A stretch of DNA of 64,000 nt from Chrysomallon squamiferum (Eukaryota > Animalia > Mollusca). The notes under the pieces are model-generated. The model was not told the origin of the DNA. It worked only from the letters and a program-made list of their open reading frames with translations, and made no database searches. The stretch covers positions 19,902,001-19,966,000 of the forward strand of contig CM022667.1 of NCBI GenBank assembly GCA_012295275.1, read 5' to 3'. This document shows positions 45,101 to 57,892 of this stretch, one piece after another (positions within the stretch are counted from its first letter, which is position 1; the number at the start of each line of letters is the position of its first letter). The position numbers were made by a program, and so were the translations under genes.

Positions 45101-48100
45101 TACCACAAGTAGCGTTAACTCTTGTTACAGTTAAATACTTCACATACCACAAGTAGCGTTAACTCTTGTTACAGTTAAATACTTCACATACCACAAGTAG
45201 CGTTAACTCTTGTTACAGTGAAATACTTCACATACCACAAGTAGCGTTAACTCTTGTTACATTTAAATACTTCACATACCACAAGTAGCGTTAACCTCTT
45301 GTTACATTTAAATACTTCACATACCACAAGTAGCATTAACTCTTGTTACATTTAAATACTTCACATACCACAAGTAGCGTTAACTCTTGTTACAGTTAAA
45401 TACTTCACATACCACAAGTAGCGTTAACCTCTTGTTACAGTTAAATACTTCACATACCACAAGTAGCGTTAACTCTTGTTACAGTTAAATACTTCACATA
45501 CCACAAGTAGCGTTAACTCTTGTTACAGTTAAATACTTCACATACCACAAGTAGCGTTAACTCTTGTTACATTTAAATACTTCACATACCACAAGTAGCG
45601 TTAACTCTTGTTACAGTTAAATACTTCACATACCACAAGTAGCGTTAACTCTTGTTACAGTTAAATACTTCACATACCACAAGTAGCGTTAACTCTTGTT
45701 ACAGTCAAATACTTACCATACCACAAGTAGCGTTAACTCTTGTTAGTTAAATACTTCACATACCACAAATAGTGTTAACCTCTTGTTACAGTTAAATACT
45801 TCACATACCACAAGTAGCGTTAACTCTTGTTACAGTTAAATACTTCACATACCACAAGTAGCGTTAACTCTTGTTACAGTCAAATACTTCACATACCACA
45901 AGTAGCGTTAACCTCTTGTTACATTTAAATTCTTCACATACCACAAGTAGCGTTAACCTCTTGTTACATTTAAATACACGAGGAAATTTTGATTAAAGAA
46001 TTAGCCACATTACCAACTACAAGATCTAGATTATAAAATAAAACATTTCTTTTTCTACTTTATCTTAAAATAATGCATTATATTACAAAAATGAGAAAAG
46101 GGTAATTCCAACAAAAATGAAGGACATAATCCTCACAAAAAAGGTCAATTGAGGAGTAATTGAAAAATTAAGTTAATAAAATAAGTCATGTCACAAGTGT
46201 TGTTGTACTTTCAGTGACAAGATCATTATTGACATGTTGTCAGTGGAGAGGAACTACATACTAGTAAAAACATATCTAGTTGGAGGTCCGTCTGAACGAG
46301 TTGTCCCTCCAAAATCTCTACCAGAGGTAAGTCTGCTTAAAACTCAGCTAAAATTGATTTATGTATTACACTCCCTAATATTTTTCTAAATATACTGAGT
46401 TCATAACTGAAAAAAACAAAACACTTGACACAGAAATAGTAAATTAATGAGTAATATTTATTGTCTATCATTTAAACAAATGTATTTTTTGTTTTGTTTT
46501 TAAAGTGTTATTTCTTTTCTTATAGGGAAAAGTGTGTTCTTTTCCATATCCACTGTTTGAGTCTTACCCACTCCCGAGAGAATATTCACCAAACCTGGCA
46601 GGCAGATCAACTATTAAACAAGGTAAAGTACTGATCTGTTGACTGCTGTTATCAATGCTGACACAGATAAATCTGTACAGTGTTTTATATATTTAAACAT
46701 GGCTCATTTTGATTCCTTTATTATACAGCTGTTACTGCAGAAGACGAGAGAGGATGAGAATGTTCTGCAGATCCTCCTTGAAGAGAAAATAGTTTAAACA
46801 CTTCTTTTTTATAATTATTAGTTCTCCACTCTCAGACATTTATATTATGAATTTCATAAACTTGTACATGTTTTCATAATTAAATAAGCAGTTTATTTGC
46901 TGATAGCTGTTCTGTCAGACAGTATCTTATGTTTTATTTTGTATTTGATTAAACAGTACAAAATTAATATTATTCAGTATTTACACTCCTCCAGCATTCA
47001 CCACTAGCTATTTTACACACAGATCTAATTTTTACATGCCTGTCCACCTTTTGCTCTATCACTTTATACACATTTCTGGTATTTTTAATTATTTAGTGTT
47101 TTTACATATGAAGTTATAAAATTGTTGTAGTGTTGTTCCCTGTTTGTTTCAGCCTTTGTTCAAACAGCCGAGGAAATTGAAGGTTTGTTGTGTGCAGTGC
47201 TGGCCCAGCCCATCACAACCCTGTTTTTTTACACAAACCTCACACACAAAACACTGCAGCAGGGGTCTCAACCTCAAAGAAAGAAAAGGGTCATTATGTA
47301 CTCAAAAAGAGGTCTAGAGGGCCAAGAATAAGGGTGTGGTATGGGTGGGTGTTATCATTTTCAGGAGCTACACAGCAAAGCTGATAAGTAAATAAATGTA
47401 ATACTTCAAATATTCAGCGATCTTTATTTCTGGAACATGTCAAGCCTATGGCAGTGACAGAATGATGTTACATGAAAACAAAGGGATGATTGCAGGCCAT
47501 GTGTTTGAGACTCCTGTTCAATAGCATCTGCACACGCACACACCACTTACAGTCTTCATTTCAGAGTGTCAGAGATCTGTGACAAGTTCTGCTACAACAC
47601 TCACATCATGGCTGGACAGCTGAGTGTTGTTGGTTCAAAGCTAACAGAATTAAAGCATTTGGTAGATTCAGAGAACAGTTTAATAACTGACAGTTTCTAC
47701 AAAATGAAACCAACGTATTTTTAAAATGGGAACTTCAGTTTGAAATATGCCAAATCCTTTTATTTGTTTATTTTTTAAATTAATTTGTTTTCTTTTTCAG
47801 TGATTTAAAGTTTTCTTTCTTGTTTTGTGAGTTTGTGGGTTTTTTAAAGCAGAAACCTCTTTGGAAGTCAGCACAAACAAAAGTGTTATAATAATATAGT
47901 AAAGACTGAATTTAACAGACAATCGTTCATTACCAACAAAAATTACATGGATTAGTATCTATGAAATAAACATTTTCTATTAAAACTGATGAATATCAAT
48001 TAAATACAGGTGTTTTATATCAGAGGTATTAAATTTATTAAAAGCATTATGATATTACAATCTTATCATTTATAAACGTTTGTAATTTAAAGAAATTCAG

Positions 48101-51100
48101 GTATCGGTGGTGACCTCTTTGTTAGTCTGTTAAATCAAGAGTTTACTGTTGTTTATTTTGAAGTTGTTTGGCTGGAACGGAATGTTGCTTTATTTTTTTT
48201 TATACGTTATTTTATTTGTTGTGATAGTCATAAATATGTAGAAACTGAAAAAGAGATTTAAAAAAAAAAAAAGAAGAAAAGAAAAGATGAATGCAGCTTG
48301 TGTGTGATAAACAAAATATTAGTATAATTGTATGATATTGAAAATAAAAATATAGTGACTTTGTTCAGAAGGGACATGCTACTGTTGATGTTCTGAGGAT
48401 ACCAGATAAAGATGTCTGCACTATTACTTCCAGTTTGACATGTTACTGCAATAAACAGTTGACTTCTTTATTTACTAACTTGTTCTCAGTCTTTCATTAA
48501 TACGCATTGTTAAATGAATTTAAGTGGTTGTTTTTGTTATTATGTTGTTAGTTTGTTTTTCTTGCATTTTTTTTTCTATTTCAAATCTGTATTATTATTA
48601 TGATTATCATCATCATCATCATTACCATTATCATTATTGAAATAATTTTTTATATATATATAAATTTACTTGTTATGTATAGATAATATTTTTTACATCT
48701 TAAATAAAAATACTTTTTTAATTGAATCAAAGGTTTATGTTTTCAGATATCATATTACAATTTTATACCTAACGTAACTTGCCACATTGTAAAATATCCT
48801 GATACAAATGTGTTAATAAATCAAATAATGACAAAAGTCAAATTTAATATTTTTTTTAATATTATTATTTTTTAATATAATTGGTGTTATATATTTCAGA
48901 TAATTTATACATTATATTTTATGTCCATTTTCTTCTTTCTAATTTGTGATTACATTTCAGACAATGAACTAACCAAGTTCCTGAGTCAGAAGGTGGACAA
49001 GAAAGCAGCATGGATAGAGAAAGTAAGAGTGCTCTACTCAAAATTCCTCACAACAAATCCAGACCAGACAAAAGGCATATGTGAGTTTTATCATCATCTT
49101 TCTGAAAATTTAGTAATATGTCAACTTTACAACATCTTTTAATTTTATATTTAAATTTTAAATTTTCTTTTTTCTTTTATAAAATCACATCTGTTGGAAG
49201 ATTTTTGTTTTTGTTTTCAGTACTTTAGCTACAGTCATCTCAAGCAGTATGTTTTGTTTGTTGTCAGTATGTCTGTTGGTAATTGGCAGAGTAACATCTA
49301 TATTAATTTACAGTTGTTTTATTGTACCACAAGAGTTAATAGTACATGATTGTCCTGTCTACTGGCAGGTGCAGTGAAAAAGAACCTTTATTGCTGTCAC
49401 TTACATTTTTTTCTTTCATATCATTGTACAAAACTCCATGATGTAGTAATCATTATTCATTGACAGTTGTTATCTCCAAGAATAGCATGTGGTGTTTTTT
49501 GTTTGTTTTTCAGTACTTCAGCAGCTGTTGGAGCAAAGTGTTCATGCTCTTAGTCAGATGCCAGAAGATGCCATATTTCCACTCCTCGAATTCTCAGGTT
49601 AGAAAAAATCTACTCTGTAAATATATTAAATTTAATCATCCATTCAGAACAGTTCATTCATTTTAATGCAGGCTTTTTGTGAATGCTTTAGCTGTTGGAT
49701 GTTAAACATATTTTTAAAACTATAAATTTTTAAAATAGCAACTTGATAAAACATAAAAGTTGTTAATTCTGTAGTCACTTTTCTCATTAGTTCCTGTTGA
49801 AGTCTTTTCTCATGAGGTCATAAATATATCTTGTTATATATAAATTATCAAAACCTGATGTACAATTTGTTAATAAATTACTTGTTTTCTTCTAGAAAAT
49901 GAGACATCAGTGAAGAAATTTGTTTTGTCTCCTCTTCAACAACTTGGCATAAAAGTTGCAGTCAGGTGAGTGTAAACTGATCACTCGGGTAAACAAACTG
50001 TTCTGTATTTTTAATTCTTTGTGACAATATTAATATTGTTAAATATTTACCAGGTATAAGAATGTTGTTACTGTTTTAGGTATGGGAATCATCTGAAGGT
50101 TGTAAGAATGTTGTTGCTGTTTTAGGTATGGGATTCATCTGAAGGTTGTAAGAATGTTGTTACTGTTTTAGGTAGGGGATTCATCTGAAGGTTGTAAGAA
50201 TGTTGTTATTGTTTTAGGTATGGGATTCATCTGAAGGTTGTAAGAATGTTGTTACTGTTTTAGGTATGGGATTCATCTGAAGTTTTAGAATGTTGTTATT
50301 GTTTTAGGTATGGGATTCATCTGAAGGTTGTAAGAATGTTGTTGCTGTTTTAGGTCTGGGATTCGTCTGAAGTTGTAAGAATGTTGTTACTGTTTTAGGT
50401 ATGGGATTCATCTGAAGGTTGTAAGAATGTTGTTACTGTTTTAGGTATGGGATTCATCTGAAGGTGATCAACACATCAGCGGAGGCCACAGACTGTCTGA
50501 CTCAGCTGTTAAAACAAACAGCTTGTTTCTTGAAACAGCAACACAAGACTGGCAGAGCTAAAACATCACTTCGTATCCTTCTAGAATATTAACATCATAA
50601 CAACACTTTGAGCATTTAGCAGTCATTACTTTTAGTGATAGCTTTAGTGTGTGTGAGTAGTAACAGTTTCCATGTATTGTATGATTTTTAGAAACAGCTT
50701 TAAAATCATTACTGGGTTGTAACAGAATATCTAACGTATTTTATGAAATGTTTTTCTGGTCCATTATGCTATTTGGGCATCATCTACTACCATAGTTTTC
50801 AAAAAGAGATTAATCAATATCAGGTTAGTTTGAAATTTGAAAATATCGAAACAAGGGTAACAACAGAAATAACTTTGTATAATTAGGTAATTTGTATGAT
50901 ACAAAATTTCTTTAACAGTGTCTTAGGTTACATATCTGGCAGTTACCCAGGATTTGATTGGTTTGTTGCGACCATCTTCCTTCTCTTTAACGGTAACTTA
51001 AACAGAACATGGAACTTTCTGTTCAAGTTTTCATCACTGGGAACATCAGGATACTTATGGATGGCAAGATTACATGCATCTGTGAGTATGTTAGACAATT

Positions 51101-52098
51101 TAGTAATTGTATGATAGAGACTGAGAGAAAGTGTTTGTTGATGGTTAGTTCTGTTTGTGAATATGCATTAAGTTTTTATTTGACAGTGATTATTTACTTG
51201 TTAGGTACATCTGCCCCCAGCCATGATGAACAGTGGAATTCCCCCAGTCTTCTCCAGCACCGCCCACTACATTGAGTTCATCCTGCAGACCGAACTGCCA
51301 CTCGTAGCATCAGCTTTCAAAATGTCTGGATACACTCCAGCCCAGGTTTCAGTCATAATCATACATTATTTAACAAACCTCTGATTTGTACATTATTAAT
51401 AAAAAAAATACACTATCATTCTTCAGTAATCAAACAGATAAAGTATTAAATTGCATTGTTATCAGTGATATTTATAATGAATTTTTATTAAACTATTTAT
51501 TGTTCAATTTTTCAATGATGCATATTTCAGATCTGTGTGCACTGGCTGAAGCAGTGTTTCTGGAACTTTCTAGACTGGATTGACATTTGTCACTACATCT
51601 GTACATGTGTTATTCTGGGTGTGGACTACCAGGTGTACACGTGTGTCGCCATCCTCCATCACCTGCAGCAGGACATCCTCAGACACATGCAGTCTCAGGA
51701 CCTCATCATCTTCCTGAAGGTTTGTTCAAACTTGATCAGTGTTTATTTCTGCAGCAGTCAAATTAAACATGTAGCTAAACTAAGTTTGCTATGAACTTGA
51801 AATGGTTATCATTAAGTCTTTGTTAAACAATTGTTAGTTAAATAATTTCTTGTTTTGTAGATGGTTAAAATAATTAATTCAACTGTATTGAAACTTTACA
51901 CACAGTTGTTTTAAATAATAAATGACATTGCTTTACTCTTGAACAGTTTAAATAATATTTTTGTTATAATGTTGTTTTTTTCAGGAGGAAACCATATCAA
52001 AGTTTCATGTTGCAGATTATCTGGAGTACATGAAACAACTTGAAACAAAGTACAGGACAGTTGTGTTACCTGACATGCTGAATATCACCAAACCCTGA
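29392..52098 (+). CDS. TBC1D32: Protein broad-minded (TBC1 domain family member 32), 33 coding exons, ~1299 aa
   Basis: Exons: 29392-29546, 29909-30067, 30647-30830, 32289-32363, 32666-32791, 33232-33307, 33520-33623, 34114-34175, 34460-34601, 35143-35199, 35795-35897, 36261-36404, 36974-37063, 38030-38175, 38396-38523, 39082-39283, 40204-40277, 40770-40908, 41178-41265, 41833-41951, 42247-42366, 42778-42866, 43114-43221, 46215-46326, 46526-46622, 48961-49080, 49514-49597, 49896-49965, 50445-50572, 50927-51081, 51205-51345, 51531-51719, 51985-52098. They sum to 3900 nt, open throughout. Motifs: [86 protein letters not shown]. Confidence 0.95.
30303..30684 (+). repeat. 53-bp minisatellite, 7 copies, built from the intron 2/exon 3 junction of TBC1D32
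   Basis: TTTGTATTTCAG ends at 30328, 30381, 30434, 30487, 30540, 30593 and 30646, each followed by the first ~37 nt of exon 3. Confidence 0.95.
31701..31775. repeat. AT-rich imperfect palindrome centred on (TA)n
   Basis: TATGAAAGTAAAA..TTTCATTAT-(TA)n-ATAATGAAA..TTTTACTTTCATA, with outer TGTTTATGAA/TTCATAAACA. Confidence 0.75.
34311..34417. repeat. Compound (AAT)n/(AGTAAT)n/(AAC)n microsatellite
   Basis: Direct inspection. Confidence 0.9.
36492..36860. mobile_element. Decayed Tc1/mariner-pogo (Tigger-like) MITE
   Basis: Left TA|CAGTGAAACTGTGGGTTACG versus inverse of right end CAGCAGAACCTCGGGTTACA. Internal TTCGTAA subrepeats. The right TA TSD is mutated to CA. Confidence 0.65.
37462..37667 (+). 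repeat. ~39-40-bp minisatellite, ~5 copies
   Basis: Unit ATTTGTAATATTTTAAAGCTGTGTTTGACTAGGTATTTT. TAG|GTATTT at 37550, 37589 and 37629. Confidence 0.9.
37665..38066 (+). repeat. 67-bp minisatellite, 6 copies, built from the intron 13/exon 14 junction of TBC1D32
   Basis: GTGTTCAG ends at 37694, 37761, 37828, 37895, 37962 and 38029, each followed by the first ~37 nt of exon 14. Confidence 0.95.
41982..42141. repeat. Two-copy ~79-bp tandem duplication in TBC1D32 intron 20
   Basis: TATTTTACAAATAATTAAAAC..GTAT.CAT.AC.AAACATTAAATTATATC...AATAATAATTTTAAAA occurs twice. Confidence 0.8.
43237..45977 (+). repeat. 44/45-bp minisatellite, about 60 copies, filling TBC1D32 intron 23
   Basis: Unit ATACTTCACATACCACAAGTAGCGTTAACTCTTGTTACAGTTAA, near-identical and head-to-tail with no spacers. 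Confidence 0.97.
47260..47516. mobile_element. hAT-type MITE relic
   Basis: TIRs CAGGGGTCTCAACC and GTTTGAGACTCCTG (12/14 match). No 8-bp TSD is recognisable. Confidence 0.6.
50057..50465 (+). repeat. ~46-bp minisatellite, 9 copies, built from the intron 28/exon 29 junction of TBC1D32
   Basis: TGTTTTAG ends at 50079, 50125, 50171, 50217, 50263, 50307, 50353, 50398 and 50444, each followed by a copy of GTATGGGATTCATCTGAAG. Confidence 0.95.
50573..50926 (+). other. U12-type GT-AG intron in TBC1D32
   Basis: 5' end is GTATCCTTC. Branch TTTCTTTAAC lies ~10 nt before the AG. The frame is restored (C|GT, Arg). Confidence 0.88.
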
Positions 52099-52328
52099 AC
52101 TAGAGATTAACTTTGTGTGTGACTCTGTGATAAAATTAAAAACTGAACATAACAGATCTGTCTTACCTCACTTGTTCAGGATTAACACAACCATAACCTT
52201 CACCATTTACAGAGTAAACAATCAAAAGTAAGACAGTATGTACAATAAACTGGATAAAGACTGACCATAACAGATAAATAACATACAACTGATTTGTGGT
52301 TAAGAGCTAAAATCAAAAACAAGATATC

Positions 52329-52362
<34 letters not shown>

Positions 52363-55079
52363 AACCTGTACATATATATATTGCTTTTAATTTATATAAT
52401 TAAGTAGACATTTTCTTATGTTGAAAATGAACATTTATATTTATTTTGGCATCATATTGTAATTATCACTCAGAATATGTTAAAAAAATACTTCAAAACT
52501 GCTATACGTAAAATTTTAAATTGTTTTTAGTTGTGATGAATTTCCTTTTCCATGTCATGCATTTAGAGTTATTACAGATATTCCAAACATCAGGTTATAA
52601 TCAATGAACTGAAAATGGGGACATTTCATGTCAAATCATCAAATGGTTTAATCCCAATGTCTCTTTATAATTTTAGCATTTTAGTATAGTGTGTGTGGTA
52701 ATTTTGGAAGACAGATAGGACTATTAGAGAATTTGGAGCTACAAACAACTTAGTTTAAAAATTTGTGACATAAGCAGGGTTGACTAGGACATTATGATGA
52801 AAATGAGTAAAATTTTGACAGAACTGAAAAAAAGACATGATTAGTTTTTATGAAAGAAGAAAATGAACTTGTCCAGGAATGAAAGATTCTGTGAGTATTC
52901 TTAATAAGGAAAGTTGAAAGGTTCAAGATCTAAAGTGACTTATCTTATCAAAACTTAAGGACTTTCATTCTTCTTGGAAAGAAGGGATATTCTTCATTCA
53001 TCTGAAATGGATCATCAGGAAATCATTTTGTTTGTCTGTAAATTTCACCAGCATTTGCATAGTCAGTGATGTGAAAGAAATTCAGCATTAACAGTGTATA
53101 CATTACAGCAAGTAGTCTCAACTACCCAGTGAATGAATTCATGGAAATAAATTCCACTACTTCACTGAAAAAACCTGCAGCACTTCAGACTACCATATTA
53201 CTGTCATGCATCCCCATCAACCATCTAAACCATTTCACTGGCATAAAGACAAGGACAGATATTAGATTGACATAAAGAGCATCTTTTGCCTCATCAACAC
53301 ATCATTTCTTGTGATTTCCACCTGAATGTACAGCATCATTGAGCACAACACTGCTAAAATGTCTGGACTATGCAAAATGTAGAAACAGTGAGACTGTGAG
53401 TGATTAAATTTAGTCTCTGTAAATGAATGAATTATGTTAAATATTAAAAGTTCCTTTTCAGTAATACTGCCACTGGCCACCTTTGTCTCGTAATTTGTGG
53501 TGATGACCTATCTATGGCAGACAACCAGCAACGTTAGTCCCAACATCTGTCCGAGCTTTTATTCAACTGAGAATACTCAGGCTGTTCCAACTAAAGTAAA
53601 TAATTTCACAGTTCCTTAAATTATTTTTGGGGTTTTGTTGATTTCATTATTTAGTTTGTTTATTATGTTTATTATTATTATTATTATTATTATTATTTAC
53701 ATTATTGTACAAGAAATAATTGTTATAATAAAAGGCAAATGCACCGTTAAAAGATTTTTATTTCATTATATTATTAAACAGCCACATAACTAGTAACCAC
53801 AGCAGGATCCAGCAAGATTTATTTTAAAATAATGTAATTAATTTACTGTTCTGGCAGGAGCTGGAGTGACATTAGAAAAACAGAGTTTGTAAGTGTTTTG
53901 TTGTGATGTCACAGTTTCATTTGAATTGAAATTGTTTTCTGACTGGAACTATATTTTCCTTGATTTATCAGCCCACACACACATTTCTCTCAATATCTGT
54001 CTCATTCTGTGGGTTTGTGCTGTCCTGCCTTTAGAAAAGTAAATGTGTTTTGATTTTCAGACTGAAACGTCCAAGAAACCATCTTGGAAGACACTGATAT
54101 TCCAGAGACAAATCTGTAATAGCAAATTGGATCAGACACTTAAAATGTGTTGAGCACTATACTTGTTTAATGTTAATATTAATTTTTTTTTTTTTTTAAA
54201 TCTGTTAGTTTTGGTGCCTAATAACAGCTAATACTTAGACTGTAGAACCATTATAAATAAATAACTGTAAAAGTTTCCTGATATAGTGATGGCATATTAT
54301 AAATAAAAATTTAACACCACTTCCATCAAGAAAACTCAAGTAATGTAAATAAGCTCACAAATCCAAAGTAATTTTTTTTTTTTTTCAGATTCTTTTATTT
54401 ATTTATTTATTATTATTATTATTGTTGTTATTATTATTGTCATGATGCATCCATTAAGATTGTTAATTCATTATGCTATCAAGTAGCCAACCAGCAGCAC
54501 ATGAAAACAGTTTTGTCAATTATATTTAAATGTTGTTTTAAATAATTATGTTATTATAAATATTTTTACAAGAAATAAGTAAATCTTGTTGAGAAATCAT
54601 GTCAAGTGTTTATTTATGTACATAAGTCGTTTTTAGTAAAAAAAAAAAAAAAAAGAAGGAAAATATGATTTGTTAATCCAGCTCTGGTTTCATATGTTCA
54701 TATGCAATTTGTTTATGAAGGCTAAGAAAAACAAATGTAATGAAACAAAGCAGACTTAGATATTGCTTGTGGTTTTATTTAGTAATTTTATACACAACTG
54801 TATATACAGACAATTCAAGTCACAGATATACAAATAAACTTCGTCATCTGAGATCTTGGCAAGGTAGCATATTACAAATAAATATCACCTGCAACAACAG
54901 TCCCCTGAAATAAAAGTTAACTTAGTTTTAACAAAGTCCTCCTGATATGATCGTTATTAACAGAGGAATGACATAATCAGTAAACAATTAGTAACTTAAT
55001 TATGATAATCACTGCAGAGGTTTTTACATAAAACTAAATCTAATTTTTGATTCCATATGACATAGAATAAAGAAAAGTA

Positions 55080-55113
<34 letters not shown>

Positions 55114-57823
55114 GTAATAATAATTATTATTATTTAAATGGCATATTCAGAAGAAAGAATAAAAACTTGAAAAAGTCAAGTGCTTAATTAGAAAAATGAA
55201 ACAATAAATATTTGATCACAGAAATGGTTTGATTTTTTTTTTTTTTTACATTTTTATCATAACTGGTATAAAATGTTTGTAGCTGTCTTTTTAAGTGTCA
55301 AAAAATATTAATGAAAATCTAAACTTTTCAGATTAAATACTATGGAAAAATATCATATTATTTTATCACATTAAAAATCTTTATAAAATTAATATTTTTA
55401 TTAACGTAGCTGTAAAAATGTCAGAACATGCAGAGTCATCTTCTTCCTAAATTATACTAATAGTCTCCTTAGAGTTTCACTGATTTTTGTTAAAATCTAC
55501 TGTTACTACTTAAACACTGGTCATAAATTAAAAATTTCTGCAAGCAGTTAACAAGCATACATAATGTTTAAAAGACGATATTTAAGAATTATGTATGTTT
55601 CTATAATTACTCACTGCATGTATTATGTTTTAAAAATACTGTTTTATTCTTACTGACCCAAATTTCTTTATTTTATTACTTTATCACTTTATTTTAGAAT
55701 AAAATTTAATTTAATTTTTGTTAATGATTCTTTTGAGATCTGAAAAAGACAATGCATATCTATGGTGTCCACGCTAAATATAAAATTCTAAAAAGTACTT
55801 TTTGTTTTTATATAATCTGATTCGTTATTTCTAGATCCCTTTTATCTCAAATTTCACAACATTCTAAAAATACATAAATTCTGAATGTCTTGGGAAGAGT
55901 TTAATTATAACACAACAATTATGTCATAGAAGTAGTCAATTCGATGGAAAGGAACCACATAAAACTTTCAGAAAATTAGAAAAGCAGAAATAGAAATTAG
56001 CTAAATTAGTTAATTTATGTGTTGAAAAGAAGAAGTATATTTAAATTTTGATTTCACCTTGTTCGTTAGGTCATAAAAATGACAGAAAAGAAAGAATTGC
56101 ACTGTAAAGTTACAAACACTAAATACTTCTCCACAGTTTCATCATTTTGATTATCAGATTTTAAAATTACTACCAAAACATTTAACTAACATTTGCACCC
56201 AGCGTAAACAATATTTGTACAGATCTAAACACAGTGCAAAACAATATGAGAAGTATTAAGAAAAAAAGTCTATTTTTAAATGAAACATTAGTTAAAATAA
56301 AATAACAATATTTGCATTGTGATGTCGTGCAAGAGGTGTTGATAAACAGACTTCAGCCCACAGTTACAACACATCACAAAGCTGTCAGATGTTCTCTATA
56401 ATATAAATCTAAATACTCAGATCATTTAAGTAATTTTAACATAAAGCTGAACAGAAGTTTCAAGCTTCAGATTCAAGTAAATACAAATATAATTATAAAA
56501 TTACTATTTAAAACAAAGCAGGAGATACAAAATAAAGAAATTATGAGATTTGTTTTTGACATGAAGAATATTCTAAAAATAAGAATATTTATTAAACAGA
56601 AATGAAAACTATTAGTCCTATCCATTACCTAACTTGAAAACATCTTAACAACGAGCCTAACAAACATTTTCTTTTAACATTACCACCCTTTTCACTCCTT
56701 AGTTTCATCTTTGGAACCCTCTATTCCTTTCCAGCCTTTCATAAAATTTAAATAAAAGTTATTTACAATACACACAGGATGCGACTAACTGAAAAATTAA
56801 TTATCTTTATTGCATCATTAGTATTTACCATTGCGCTATAGGGGTGACATAATACGAGCATTTTCTTTATCCTATCATAATTCACAGAGTTGTTAAAGGT
56901 AAACTCAGACCAAATGCTGACACGACCTTTTCACCACCAAGGAATGATATTGTATTTGACCAATAAAATTGTGATAAACAGAGATTCTGTTTATAATTCA
57001 ATCTGTTTCTACAGTGATCACCACAGATACAGGAAAAATCAGACTTGTTCTGAAAGTATGCAAGAGCTTAACTGAATTTCACTGTGCAGGTATTTCATTA
57101 AAACAATGTAATATAAATTTGGCCATTACAAGAATTCTAAATGAACATTTTTAAAACATTGTCACAAATATTCCATAAAGATATGGTTTTGGCAAGGTTT
57201 TACTATGGTTTTGGAAAAACAGTTCTGGTTCTGATGTTACTGTGTTACTATTATTTCATGGTGACAACATTCTCAATGTCTGAATGTTATCATTAATGCC
57301 AATTTTAGTTGATGGAATCTGCCAAAATATCCATATCTGCTTCAGTTAAATTCCAATATTATGTCTGTTTGTATTTGCTAGTCAAACTGCATTATTATCC
57401 TTTATGCACTCTTTTCCATTTGCCAATCTGGTCTGAGCTTTCCTTTAATCATTTTTACCAGCACTTAGACTTTAAATCATTTCTCAATGCACCTGATAAT
57501 TAATTTAATTTGTTTTAAAATAAAAATCTTGTTCAACGAACTGAAGCTGCTGTTTCTCACACAGTATTTCACTATCACAAAGTTTAGCAAACCAGTGCTA
57601 AATAACAGTCGTAACTTGTTTTGTTCAGTAAACTAAAATGTTGATGAGTTTATTTACAATGCATGATTATCTCTATACACATTCTAGATATGTTCAGTGT
57701 GTATCAGTATAGTATTTACACTGTCAACAACTTAATACACGTCATCTGTTTAAATGACCCAAAGTTTTAAATAAAAATTCAGATGGAATCACCAGCTTTA
57801 AAAATTCTGGTTGAAAGACTAAT

Positions 57824-57825
<2 letters not shown>

Positions 57826-57892
<67 letters not shown>
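57826..57892. repeat. (AAT)n microsatellite
   Basis: Direct inspection. Confidence 0.95.

Noticed and set aside
43237-45977. CRISPR-like regular array
   Set aside because: Units are head-to-tail with no unique spacers, there are no cas genes, and the context is a eukaryotic intron.
46729-46797. Purine-rich exon-like stretch in TBC1D32 intron 25
   Set aside because: In the required phase it stops after ~9 codons and has no convincing donor.
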